Assembly: GCF_001194135.2 (NCBI RefSeq)
Contig: NC_068984.1
Span: 24,752,080 to 24,809,444 of the forward strand
Reading direction: 5' to 3'
Source of the DNA: Octopus bimaculoides
Taxonomy: Eukaryota
Length of the DNA stretch: 57,365 nt
Below are positions 24,184 through 36,069 of this stretch, piece after piece (within the stretch, counting starts at the first letter, position 1; every line of letters starts with the position of its first letter). The position numbers and the translations under genes are program-made. Under the pieces are notes generated by a model. That model was not told the origin of the DNA, ran no database searches, and saw nothing but the letters and a program-made list of their open reading frames with translations.

Positions 24184-26478
24184 TATATACATATATATAT
24201 ATATGTTTCATATTTTGAATCGTTGATATTACTTCCAGTAACATTGTTTGTTATAAACGACATAATCGAATTGATCAAATACTTTATTCAATAAAGTAAA
24301 TGTTTTATCTACAGAAATGTTAAATTCTGCTTTCGAGATAAAATTACTTTACTAGAAATGAAAACTTAAGTCAGAGGTTATAGATTTACCATAAGTAGTA
24401 ATTTATATGGTAAAGGAAATTAAATCCTACCAACACTCTATAATAGTTAAGTGTCAAAGAGATCACATGTTAATTCTATAAAAATGTAAAATTATTTACT
24501 ATTTTGATTTAAGTTATAAGAAATTTCAGTTGTTTATATAAAATTATGGTTACATTTCATCTGTTGTACATTAAATAGTAAATTTCTGTCTTTTGTATTT
24601 CAGTATATTTTAAACTTTTTCTTTTCTTTTTTTGACTGTGTACAAAATAAAGAGACTTGATATAGACATATCTAATAGATAGGTACCGTACGACAGGTTA
24701 AACGCTGGCTTGGAGAGCTTAACTCATTCCAGTTTGATTTATAGATGTACTATGGCTTGACTTTTAACGAAATCTGCTTATAATGTTACAATATATTTCT
24801 ACAATAACGAGTTCTGAACAGTACATGCAAAGAACCCATCATAAACGATAAAACGGAGAAAGAATGGAAATACTAGATAATCCGGAAATATTTGTGGCAG
24901 TGATAATTATTGGGCTTTTATAGCACTGATTTATTTAGAAATGATGCAACAAACATTACAAGAATGGTTTTTTAACCCTTTCCTTGTTATTTGTATTAAT
25001 CTTCAAAATCTTTTTACCGATATTTTTACTTAGGTAAAAACAACACTAGAATATCGAAACCTCGATGCTGGTTTTAGAAAAGAAAGAAGAGCCCCTCCCC
25101 TACAAACATTTGCACACAATACACACGCAAATGTTTGTAAAGTAATTAGCTCTGTGATGCATTGTGAGTTTTTGAAAATATGGCAATTCCAGGGAATTGC
25201 AGATGGTGCTTGATGAGCGGTACATTGAATCAGATGACTCTAAATTACATCTTTGTTAGTTTCGGCTTCAACAGATCGTGTCTGTGATCATTTAACTAAC
25301 ATTCTTGTTGTTTTATTCCACAAGCCTTTTAAGCATAACGAATGCATTAATTTTCAGTGAGATGACATCCTTGATGATTATTTTCGATAGGAAATCAGAG
25401 CCACAATTTCGTTCATCTGAATAAATCCGACTCCTCATTCAAATATTTCCACTTTTCCCTGTGAGTTGTGATTAACTTCATAGGCATCTCATAAATTTCT
25501 TCATGCATTCTTTTTGAAACTTTAGAATTGCAGTTTGATATTATAAAATGTTTAAAATTATATTGAAGGCATCAAAAGGTGTTATAGGGTATGGATTCTG
25601 TCCTGTGTCATGTACCTGACCTGAGGTTATCGCTTGTAATGTAATTGTAACAAACTATGTGTCTTGTTCTATATGTACTGATAACGTTTACTCAAACCTG
25701 TCTCACCTTAAAACTAGCAAGTCTAGTGCTGCCATTATCCTCTGAATACAGTGCCCCGCAATTTTGTACTTGTTTCATCTTCTATCTTTTTGTTTTCTTG
25801 TAATTACGTTGGGAAGATGAATCACATAAAATTTGTACAAACTATGTTAATTTCTTCTTGCTTTTTAAAGGGATATTGAAAATGCAAAATAATTAAATTT
25901 TCCATTAAAATATAGACATTAATGCGATCTTTATGATGTAATAAAATATACAATTTACAGAGAAACAAATAAGTGTAAATGTAAATTTGATATTGTTTTA
26001 TAGAATACATTCTATTCGTTCGATTGATGAAAAGATACGAAATTATAATAAATTAAAGCTATTGCTTACAAATAGATCACGTATTAATTTCATCAACTGA
26101 TGAGCAGCAGACAAGGTTTTATGAAAATGTAGGATGTATAATTGATGCTTTGACCCGAGGCGTTTAGAATTGGCTTCAAGGTACAACCGAGAAAACTGAA
26201 ATAACTAAACACGTGCAATATACTTGAAACCAAGGCCTATAAGTTGATAATTCATACACCTAGATTTCATTTCTTGTTTGCAAAGTGATAAGGCATGTAT
26301 TTGACAGGCTATAACAAAACCTTAAATGTAATGGATTATCATAGTAAAAGTCATCAAATTGATTTCCTACATAGTTGGAAGGCCCCATTTTTGTAAGAGA
26401 AATGAGATTGTGTCACGTTCATGTCCACCGAAATCTTTCAGGCAAAACATAAAGTTCCAGTCAATATGAATTTTATAC

Positions 26479-26512
<34 letters not shown>

Positions 26513-26988
26513 AACGCACATATATGTATGTACATGCATACGAGATGGTTGAATATGTGTGTGTATATATAATACACATGCATTTGCGTACTTTCTCACT
26601 CACACACATATCCCACGATTTCAAGTATGTATGGTTCTATACGAAAAACATTCATTTCATGACATACATGTCCAAACGTATATGTATACATTTAAAACTA
26701 AAAGCACAAATGTACACACGCACGTGCATACATATGTACATACATGTGTGTATGCACATATGTATACGTACATGTATGCATTCATAAATATAGCCTTCAT
26801 TTGCGAAATAATGTTTGAGTTGTTCTTAATAGCTAGGCAGCAATGTATTCTGCAAAACCGATTTTATTCCAGCTTGTCATAAACTGCACATAAAAAATTC
26901 AAAATGCCTTTTAGTAGTGGCAAATAAATATGATTGATGTAAGCAACACGCGGCTGAACAGTTATCAATTTTCGGTTATTAACTGCAG

Positions 26989-27030
26989 AAGTATTTTATC
27001 TGACGCCGAGATACTTGCACAGGCGCCATT
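26989..27030 (+). CDS. Candidate 42-nt exon of an unidentified host gene
   Basis: TTATTAACTGCAG acceptor, ATT|GTAAGT donor, more GC/CpG-rich than its flanks; open frames SILSDAEILAQAP or VFYLTPRYLHRRH. Confidence 0.22.
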
Positions 27031-27220
27031 GTAAGTTGGTGAATGTATCTCCATATTTGTAGAACAAGGACATTACAATTATGGAGAGAGAAACAACTTT
27101 GCTTATCTCTTTTAAAAAATCATTAAATTTAAATGGTAGGATTTAATAAAGATAATTTCAGTACCACTGAAGACATCTTGTTGTATTGCAAATATTCGGC
27201 TCAGCAAGTTCAATTTTAGG

Positions 27221-27253
<33 letters not shown>

Positions 27254-28214
27254 NNNNNNNNNNNNNNNNNNNNNNNNNNNNNNNNNNNNNNNNNNNNNNN
27301 NNNNNNNNNNNNNNNNNNNNNNNNNNNNNNNNNNNNNNNNNNNNNNNNNNNNNNNNNNNNNNNNNNNCACACATACACACATGCACATACACACACACAC
27401 ACACACTATATACATCAATAAATGTGATCATTAAATCTCGTATAGTCATATATTTTTCTCTCAATTGAAAAATGAGAATTTTGCAGCCTTTAAAGGTTTT
27501 TTTTTAACTATAAATCTCTCTCCATTTTTTCAACGCCTACTTGTTATGATTCAACCTTCCCTTCATTGTTAATAAACAATATGTAATATCTGGCCAAAGT
27601 AATTTAGTTCCGGGTACTAGCTTGTTGCGAATAACTATTTTCCACTGCATACCTTTTTATACGCATCACCGTTTAATTTTAGTTACCAATCCAAACTCTG
27701 GCACAGGGTTTCGATTTTTTTTAATACTTAAAACAAAAGTGTACAAGTGCATTTATCGCTCTCTTACCACCCCTTTTCATTACCTTTGGGAGCGGTGCCG
27801 CCCATTTTTATAAACAATGATTTAAAACTATTGCATCAATATCTACAAAGTAAATCTCTTTATTTTGGAATCTCAAATAGTGATTTTTTTAAACTTTACC
27901 GACTATAACAGTTACCAAAAGAGGCATCTAAAGAGGACTGGAGGGTGTGTATTATATATATGACTATTAAAAATAAATTTATCTATTGTTTCAATACAGA
28001 ATCCGCGTCTCTCTTAATTCCCAAAATATTTAGAAAAAATTATGTTGTAATTTTGTAGAATTTGCTTACAGCAGACACTTCATGACAGTTTAGTTCTTAG
28101 CTAAAACAACAAATGAAAGGAACTTATATTTTCTCATCTTGAACACTTAAAAGCCTACAACCCTTAAAAGTCCAATGACATTTTCCTGTTATAACTATCC
28201 TTTATATTTAATAT

Positions 28215-28431
28215 CCTTTCTACTATAGGCACAAGGCTTGAAAATTTGGGGGAGGGGACTGGTCAATTACATCCGCCCCAGTATTCAACTGGTACTTAGT
28301 TTTATCGACCCCGAAAGGATGAAAGGTAAAGTCGACCTCGGCGGAATTTGAACTCAGAACGTCTTTAAGACGGACGAAATGCTGCTAAGCATTTTGCCCG
28401 GCGCACTAACGATTCTGCCAGCTCACCACCT
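28215..28431 (-). mobile_element. SINE family A, copy 9, with a perfect 19-bp target-site duplication
   Basis: TATCCTTTATATTTAATAT at 28196-28214 and 28432-28450; among the least degenerate copies. Confidence 0.92.
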
Positions 28432-29544
28432 TATCCTTTATATTTAATATGAAGTTTATAAGTAATACTTTTTTATCTTTAGCAAATTACTATATCTTAT
28501 GAAATACTAGTTTAAATAAGTAAGATTAATATTTCTATAGAAAAAAACCTTTTTTTTTAAAATTAAGTTTAACTTTTCAAATAAAATGTTGTCGCTCTAG
28601 TCACAAAGTTCAATAATAAAGTATGAGTTGTAATTCCACTCTGGAACGAACCGTACCTACAACTTAAAGTCATTAAAACAAATACCAGTAACAAACTAGT
28701 ATTTATGAAAAACAAATTTAAATGACAACGAGCTTTTTTGTCCTGCCTAAGAGTTGAAGACATAGACAAAGTAATTTAATAAACAAAACAAAAAACACAC
28801 TCTGATATTAAAACAATTTATCCTCAACTTTGGTCATCATCGTGATGACACTGATGGCCGCATATAGTATTTTTTATTGAATCTATCCACCATTGTTGGT
28901 ATTTATTCAGACTTTACTGATAACAAGGAAATAAATCTCTGTGGTGTGCGGCTTTCATTGATATCGGTGCTTTCAATCATAATTTAGTTACACACCATTA
29001 TCTATTATGGAGATTATAAAAGATAATCTACAAAGTTTATGGCCAAGCCTTAGCTGTTCTTGGCCGGAACTATCTTTGATTAGTGATGTCAGATAAATTT
29101 TGATTCATGATATTAAGATTGAATCAACACTCTTGATAACAGTTTTCCAATTATAAGCATTGATTATTCAGATTCTGTAGTGACAAAGTGGGTATTTTAC
29201 ATATAACTGACGATGTGAACAAGATAGGGGAAATACTTTCTGTCATCAACGATGTATCCATCCTAAGTAACGTATTATTATATAAACAGTCGCATTGTAT
29301 CAAGAAGTATGGTGCATCATGAAATATCAAACCTGCTCTCGACTGAAATAAGAATACTGAAGTATGGAATGATAAACACTTGTTGAGGAATCGGTAGACT
29401 TTATTAAACATGTTAATCTTATTAATTTTGAACAAAGGCGAGTGCGTCCCTCACTTATGATAGCCAGGTAATGAAAATGCGTAAAGTTTAAAGGAAATAG
29501 GCGATGTAAGTGAAATAACTTTAAACGGAAATCAAAGTGGAACG

Positions 29545-29815
29545 ATGATGATAGTAATGATCATGATGGATGATGATGGCAATGAGAGACGACGATAGTG
29601 GGGTTGATGATTACAGCGGTGGTTGGAAGGATATTATTGATGACAATGGTTAACGATGATGGTGCTGGTAATGGTAATGATGACGAGTGATGATATTGAT
29701 AAATGATTGATGATAGTGGTGGTGATTTCGATGAAGGCAACAAAAGTAATGATGAAGAATGAAAATGATACGTGATGGCGATGGTGATAATGACAATGAC
29801 GACGAAGATGAAGTG
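29545..29815. repeat. Degenerate (GAT)n-rich low-complexity tract
   Basis: Direct reading. Confidence 0.8.
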
Positions 29816-30544
29816 TAAAAGTGGAATTCAAACAATAAGAATGTAAATGCTGCTGGGAAAATACCAGGAGATTTGGGATTAGAACTCACTAGAGAGACGA
29901 TATCTCACTGTATTAGTTTACAAATCATAGAACTAAGTTATAAATATGACAGTCCACAGAAATTTTATGTTTGATTGCATGGAAAAGTGATAAGTCGAAT
30001 GTTACAGAGGATCTTGTCCTTCAAAGAAATGTAGAGAAAGACCGAGGCGTTATTAGCTTAGCTGTTGTACAATGTACAGCTTACTAGTTTCCACTATTTC
30101 TAGCCTTTTTGCTGTCTCACAACCAAGTTATTGGTTATTTTAGACTACAAATATTGGCAATAAGGGAAGTCTAACGCCTTAACTCATCGACAATGAAATA
30201 ATAAAAACTAATGAGTATCTCGGGAGATATGAAATTAGAGCGTTGAATTTCGAAGAAAGGATGAAAACGATGAGAAAAAGGACAGGAATGGGAAACGGAG
30301 AAACAGGAGAGAGAAAAAAGAAAGGAAGAAAACGAATAAGCAGGAGGAGGAGGAGGAGAAAAGCAGATGAAAGTGGATGATCATAATATGTTCACAACGA
30401 TGAAAGAATTGAACGCTACGAAAACGGAGCAAAAACAAGAGGATACAAAAACAATGATATAAAGACGAAATTGAAAAAGAAGATGGGTTAGTGAATTAAA
30501 CAACTCCCACACATCATAAATCTATTTCATACTTACTTTAATAT

Positions 30545-30753
30545 TGGTTTCAAATTTTGGTACAAGGCCAGCAATTTCGTCAGAGAGGCTAAGTCAATTA
30601 CATCGACTCCAATACTCAACTGGTTACTTATTTCATCGACAACGAAAGGATGAAAAGCTAAGTTAACATCGATGACAGTTGATCACAGAATGTAAGGACG
30701 GACGAAACGCAGCTAAACATTTTGTCCGGTGTGCTAACGATTCTGCCGGCTCG
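30545..30753 (-). mobile_element. SINE family A, copy 10
   Basis: Colinear with copy 1. Confidence 0.8.
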
Positions 30754-30884
30754 TAATATTCAAAGAGGTTTTAGTTCCTTCATTTTGAGAGCACAATCCA
30801 ACTTTTATAATAACTATCACCACTATTTACAATTTAAAATAAACATATAAAATAATACTCATTTATATGCAAATGTATATTATA

Positions 30885-32000
30885 CGAGGATGGGCTGAAG
30901 AGTTCATAGGCTGACTATGAAGGAGTGATGCTAGAGCTGTGAAATCTTGCCTGCATTAATTTCAGCTCTTCTCTTAACTATGTTGTTTCTTTCCAGGATA
31001 ACTGACATCTGATTTTTCAAAGAAGACTTCAAAAGTAACTAATAACGACTTCTCTTGAATATGGAAAAATTCGGCACCGTAGTGTTACCAAGTACGTGCA
31101 GGAAAAGGGTTTAGCCCCCAAGGACATTCATGCTGACATGGTTGCCGCCACATTAGGGGATGACGCTTCAGCTGTATTAACAATGAAAAAGTGGGCAGCT
31201 GAACTTAGGGGTGGGGAGAGTCTTGAAGTTGACCCCAAATCTGGACGTCCTGCAACTGCCACCACCGAAGAAAACATTGATCATGTTCACTACATGCTGA
31301 TGGATGACACTCGATTGACCATAAATCAAATAGCCAATATTATTAGCATATTCTGTGAGAGAGTTGAGAATATTCTGCACAATGAACTTGGCATGACGAA
31401 GGTTTCTGATTGGTGGGTGCCACGTCTTCTGATCGAAAGTGTACTAGGCTGATGACATCACGGGAAAAGCTAACATTGCTTGAAGCAGATCCTGCTGGTT
31501 TCCTTGAACGTTTCTTAAGCCAGAATGAGATTCATCACTTTGAGCCAGCGACAAAGAGGTAATCCATGCATTGGAAACACCTCTCTTCACCTGCTCCTAA
31601 GAAGGTCGTTTCATCTGCAAGGAAGGTGACGGCCTAATTTTGGGGATGCAAAAGGTATTGTTTCTATTGACTATCTTCAAACGGATCGCACCATCAGTGA
31701 AGAGTACAATGCCAGCTTGCTGAGGCAGTTACGGAAGTCTACTAAAAACCAAACGCCGAGGAAAACTGGCGAGAGCGGGCTTGTTTCATCAAGACAATAC
31801 TCCAGCACACAAGTCTTTGGTTTCAATGGCTGCTGTGCGTGACTGTGGCTTTGAACGGTTTGATCAAACTCCCTTTTCTCCTGATTTGGTCCCATCTGAC
31901 TATCATTTGTCCTCTAACATTAAAAAGCATTTGACTGGAAACCAGTGTTGCAATTGTGATGACGTCATGTCAGCTGTTAACGATGTTTTTGACGAACATA
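30885..32000 (+). mobile_element. Degenerate mariner, copy M2 (same family as M1, 3' end truncated)
   Basis: TA|CGAGGATGGGCTGAAGAGTTCATAGGCTGAC TIR; peptides KGLAPKDIHADMV, SGRPATATTEENI, FHQDNTPAHKS, PFSPDLVPSDYHL. Confidence 0.93.
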
Positions 32001-32280
32001 ACAGCTGTACGTGGAAACCACTGTATTGAACAACATTGTATGCAACTATGGAAGCAAAATAATGCGCCAGGATAGATAATTACATTTCAGGACCGAATGA
32101 TTTATTAGTATTATGGAAGAGCTCATTAAATAAATATTCTAAATGATATATTTGTTGATGTAGAACAATAGAAACACTGATTATAAATTTGTGTTAGACG
32201 TCTTGCAATTTAATCAGTCAGTGCTTCTCAACCCTCCGCGCCAACAAATGTGCGATTTGGTAAACTTCCTTAGCGAGGTA

Positions 32281-32420
32281 GGCGAATGACTGGCAGAATC
32301 GTTAGAGATGTGTACAAAAGCCTTGCGGTAAATTATTCTGGCCGTTTGCTTTCTGAAGTCCAAATCTAGTCGCGGTCACATTTTCCTGTTATTTGAAGGG
32401 ATCGATAAATAAAATACCAC
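32281..32420 (+). mobile_element. SINE family A, degenerate copy 11
   Basis: GACTGGCAGAATCGTTAG head and GGGATCGATAAATAAAATACCA core. Confidence 0.55.
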
Positions 32421-32869
32421 TCAAATAGTGAGTCAGTCCCCCCCCCCACACTCACTCTCACAGAATCGGAAAATCTACGTTGAGAGAGAACCGTGGTGGA
32501 ACCACTCACAGATTATCTTTATTTCGAGGAATGGGGGAGGATGAGGAGGATCAAGCGGTGTGGCTAGGTTAGTAACATTCTATCATCGAGCACAAAATAA
32601 AGAAACGTAAGAGCAAGTTAGACGTAGACAGACCGATGTGGCGTCCAACAAAAAATGATTAAATTTAAAAGATTTTTTTTAGCGTATTGCTTGGTTATTA
32701 TTTCAACAATTAACGATAAAGCTCCGTTATACTTCGCTGAAGTCTCAAAATTAAGTATCTTGAGTTATCTGTCTAACTTATCGATGACATGAATAATATT
32801 AGTCACCAATTAAACCTTGTGTGTAAAATATTTTGTAAAATATATTGATCGCCATGTTGGACCGCTGAA

Positions 32870-33045
32870 CTCTACACTTGTTTTTTCATTCTCTCTCTGT
32901 TTATTTTCTCTAATTCCTTTCTGTTGAAGAGCGTAGGCTCGAAGCGTAAAAGACTTTTTTCGTTTTTCCCTAGCGTCAAACTAATACACTTGTTTGTTGT
33001 TCATACACTTGTCTTTGTCTTTTGTTTTTCTATAAATTTCAACTA
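32870..33045 (+). mobile_element. Penelope-like element terminal repeat remnant
   Basis: Contains a GAAGAGCGTAGGCTCGAAGCGT motif in the hammerhead arrangement typical of PLE pseudo-LTRs, followed by a T-rich tail; no RT ORF seen. Confidence 0.5.
32917..32952 (+). ncRNA. Degenerate minimal type-I hammerhead ribozyme motif
   Basis: CTTT|CTGTTGA|A|GAGC-GTAG-GCTC|GAAG|C-GTA|AAAG: stem I, core box, stem II, GAAA-like box, GUA site; two core deviations (A6U, A15.1G). Confidence 0.55.
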
Positions 33046-33199
33046 GAATATATTGTAGCTGTTTAGTATTTCTTTTCATGAAATGTTTATCTTCTACAGA
33101 AATGTAAAAGTATCTGGTGGCTGGTGTCCAAGCCTCGTTTATGTATTTCGAAGTTTGATTCCCTTGCGGATGTTATTGTCGTTGTTACTATTGTTGTTA

Positions 33200-33405
33200 T
33201 TGTTGTTTGAACTCAGCTCAGCTCTGATCAAGCGGACTTGTGAACAATGGGGTTTCAACCGTGACCACTCCGTCTTTCTATAGACCTTTACGACTACAAT
33301 ATCTGTGTCCAATGAAGTGTAATGATATATTATCTAATGTTCTAAAACAAAGGAGGTGCTTGCCATTTCTAGCAGAGTGAACGACCATGTAGAGGCCTCC
33401 TTGCT
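33200..33405 (-). mobile_element. Family D repeat
   Basis: TTGTTGTTTGAACTCAGCTCAGCTCTGATCAAGCGGAC...CCATTTCTAGCAGAGTGAACGACCATGTAGAGGCCTCC. Confidence 0.6.
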
Positions 33406-35290
33406 TTTCATAATTCTCCAGTCAGACAAGTTATCTGACTGGTTGACGTACTTAGTGTTTTTCACTAGCAATGTTTTTTACATCTCTCTCTCTTTCTCTC
33501 TCTCTCACACACACACACACACAAACTGATAAACACAGTAGGACATCGCTGAGTGATGATAATAGGTAGGATTGATGGAAAGAGGCGCTAGACGTAAATT
33601 CATGTCTTAACCTATTTTGGAGAACATAATCAGCCCTGATTTACTTCTTGTAAAGACATATCCTAAAGTCTGGGTAACATCGCTCCTATCTAACTTCCCA
33701 GTTGTAACACATTTGTTCATTATAAGAAACGAATTGCACTGGGCATGTGGATGATAAATATAAAGTATTGGGGAAATTAATTTATGATATTAATAGCAAC
33801 TCCAGTACCACCGTTTTTCGTTTGGCACAAGTTGAATTTTCAAATTAAACTGCATTTCGTCTATCTAGTGTCAATAAAATAAGTCCCTCTATGTATGCAT
33901 GTATGAATATACACATATATGTAAATGCACATATTTGTTTTTGTATATATATNNNNNNNNNNNNNNNNNNNNNNNNNNNNNNNNNNNNNNNNNNNNNNNN
34001 NNNNNNNNNNNNNNNNNNNNNNNNNNNNNNNNNNNNNNNNNNNNNNNNNNNNNNNNNNNNNNNNNNNNNNNNNNTATATATATTTACTTGTGTGTGCATG
34101 TAAGCATGCATCTATATATTAATCTGTTGTTAATAAAGTTAGAGTAATTCAATTACTCCATAATTTGAAGCTTGTCTATAGGATAAAAAAAACTTTGCTT
34201 ATAGCAATCATTTACATTAACTGACTAATATATGGGTGTTATATCGATCTTATGATTTCCATAATTTTTTTTCTATTTTTATAAAGCTTAAAGTCACGAA
34301 GCAATAAGTTAACAACTAATATATTATACATACACAAATATGACTGAACAGTTAATCAGAGATTTAACTTTGTGATTTCAACACATAGGTCTATAAAGAA
34401 AAATGGAATATTTATCGCAAAGTTACTTCGGGAGAATCATCTAGATGTTTCGATGCTTGTTCAACTCATCATCCGTTATTGAACTAAAAGCAATTACTCA
34501 TTAAGCCTCACAATATATTGAAATTGTTGACATCCTGAGGGGTTGGTATAAAAATTGGTCATGAATGGACAAAGGAACGAAGTGGTCATTATATATTGCC
34601 TAGAAACAATATTACTGAAGCGTACTTACGCAAATGATTTGATCTCAGACCGTGTATTAAGACTGAAGCGATAACATCATGGAAGAACCATTTAAGCCAA
34701 TTGAAGACCTACAAAGTCCGTTGACTAAGCTTTCTATTTCTTGGCGCCAAAATTTCGTCGCACAACTGCGACCTGGCCACGATACATTTCCACTCACCTC
34801 AAAAAATAATTGAAATCTGAATTTTCAATCAAATATACGATAGAAGTTACATAGTAGCTATACTAACGTGAGCCTAGGCAGTAAAATCTCAGACCATCCA
34901 AGCGAGAGTGCACAAAGACTCAACAGGTAGTCGGTGCTATTATGTCTATGTGAATTAAACCACCTCTTTATGTGGTATATGTGGAATACTTATCAGAAGT
35001 TTCCTCGCGAGACATCTCGATTTTTCGATGACTATTCCACTAAAGACAGTTGCTCATTTGGTCGCATGTATGCATGTAAGCTGGATTAATGCAATATACT
35101 ATAAACTAAATAATGGGTTTGTCTAGGGAGAGTTATTATTCCAATAGAATTAAATAATAGGTGGCTCAGGAAATATCTCAGAATGGTTTAATTCATCAAA
35201 ATGAAGTTTAAGATGAATGTAAAACTATCCATAGACACAGAAGTAAAAAAGAGATCTAACTTGATTTGAAAACTGCTGTTCAGAAAGGGA

Positions 35291-35330
<40 letters not shown>

Positions 35331-35340
35331 NNNNNNNNNN

Positions 35341-35387
<47 letters not shown>

Positions 35388-35396
35388 AAGAGAATA

Positions 35397-35497
35397 TGAC
35401 GTCATAATATAGAAATCTTATTTTGCATTTATCCCTATTATAATGGTACTTGTTTCTTTAGTGGGAAGAGAAAGAGACAAGAAAGAATATGACGTCA
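35397..35497. promoter_or_regulatory. Two perfect CRE palindromes (TGACGTCA) in a ~93-bp tandem duplication
   Basis: TATGACGTCATA centred at 35397-35404 and 35490-35497; function unverified. Confidence 0.3.
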
Positions 35498-36069
35498 TAA
35501 AAGATATAGAAATCTCTTTCATTTATTCCTTTTATAAGGCTGTCTGCTTTATCTTTTTATGGAGAGAGAGAGAGTATGCGGGAGTGGGTGTTTGGATGTG
35601 TATGTTGTGTTGAGAGTAATATAGGCTGTTAAGGATGGATAATGTTGACATGACGTGAGTACTTCAACTAGTGAGTAATTTCATTTGTTACCGGATCTTT
35701 ACTGTTGGGTTGGGAATTTCGGATCTAATATTCCGTGTTAGTCCATGACACAGATCACCAACCATTTAAACTGACCCAAGTAATTGAATGACCTTTTATT
35801 TTATCGGTACCGGAAAGATAAATAGCAAAGGTATTTGAACTAAGAACATAATCAACTGAAGCAACTAAAGCATCCACCTATCCAACGTACTATAGTACAT
35901 TCAGAAACAAAAACATTTACGATATATTTATACAATAGGAAATTCAAATGACGATGCATACGCTCACTATATCGGTACATATCTGACGTTCATAGAGATG
36001 ATGTTGCTTATACAAAGAAGTAATGAGTTAAAATATAGAAGCTAGTATAATTTTTATAGCATAATTTCA

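Noticed and set aside
25150-25520. Possible hAT transposase remnant on minus (KINAF-like peptide)
   Set aside because: Only a few residues of similarity amid many stops
32219-32233. hAT/Charlie-like TIR CAGTGCTTCTCAACC
   Set aside because: No partner TIR or 8-bp TSD found
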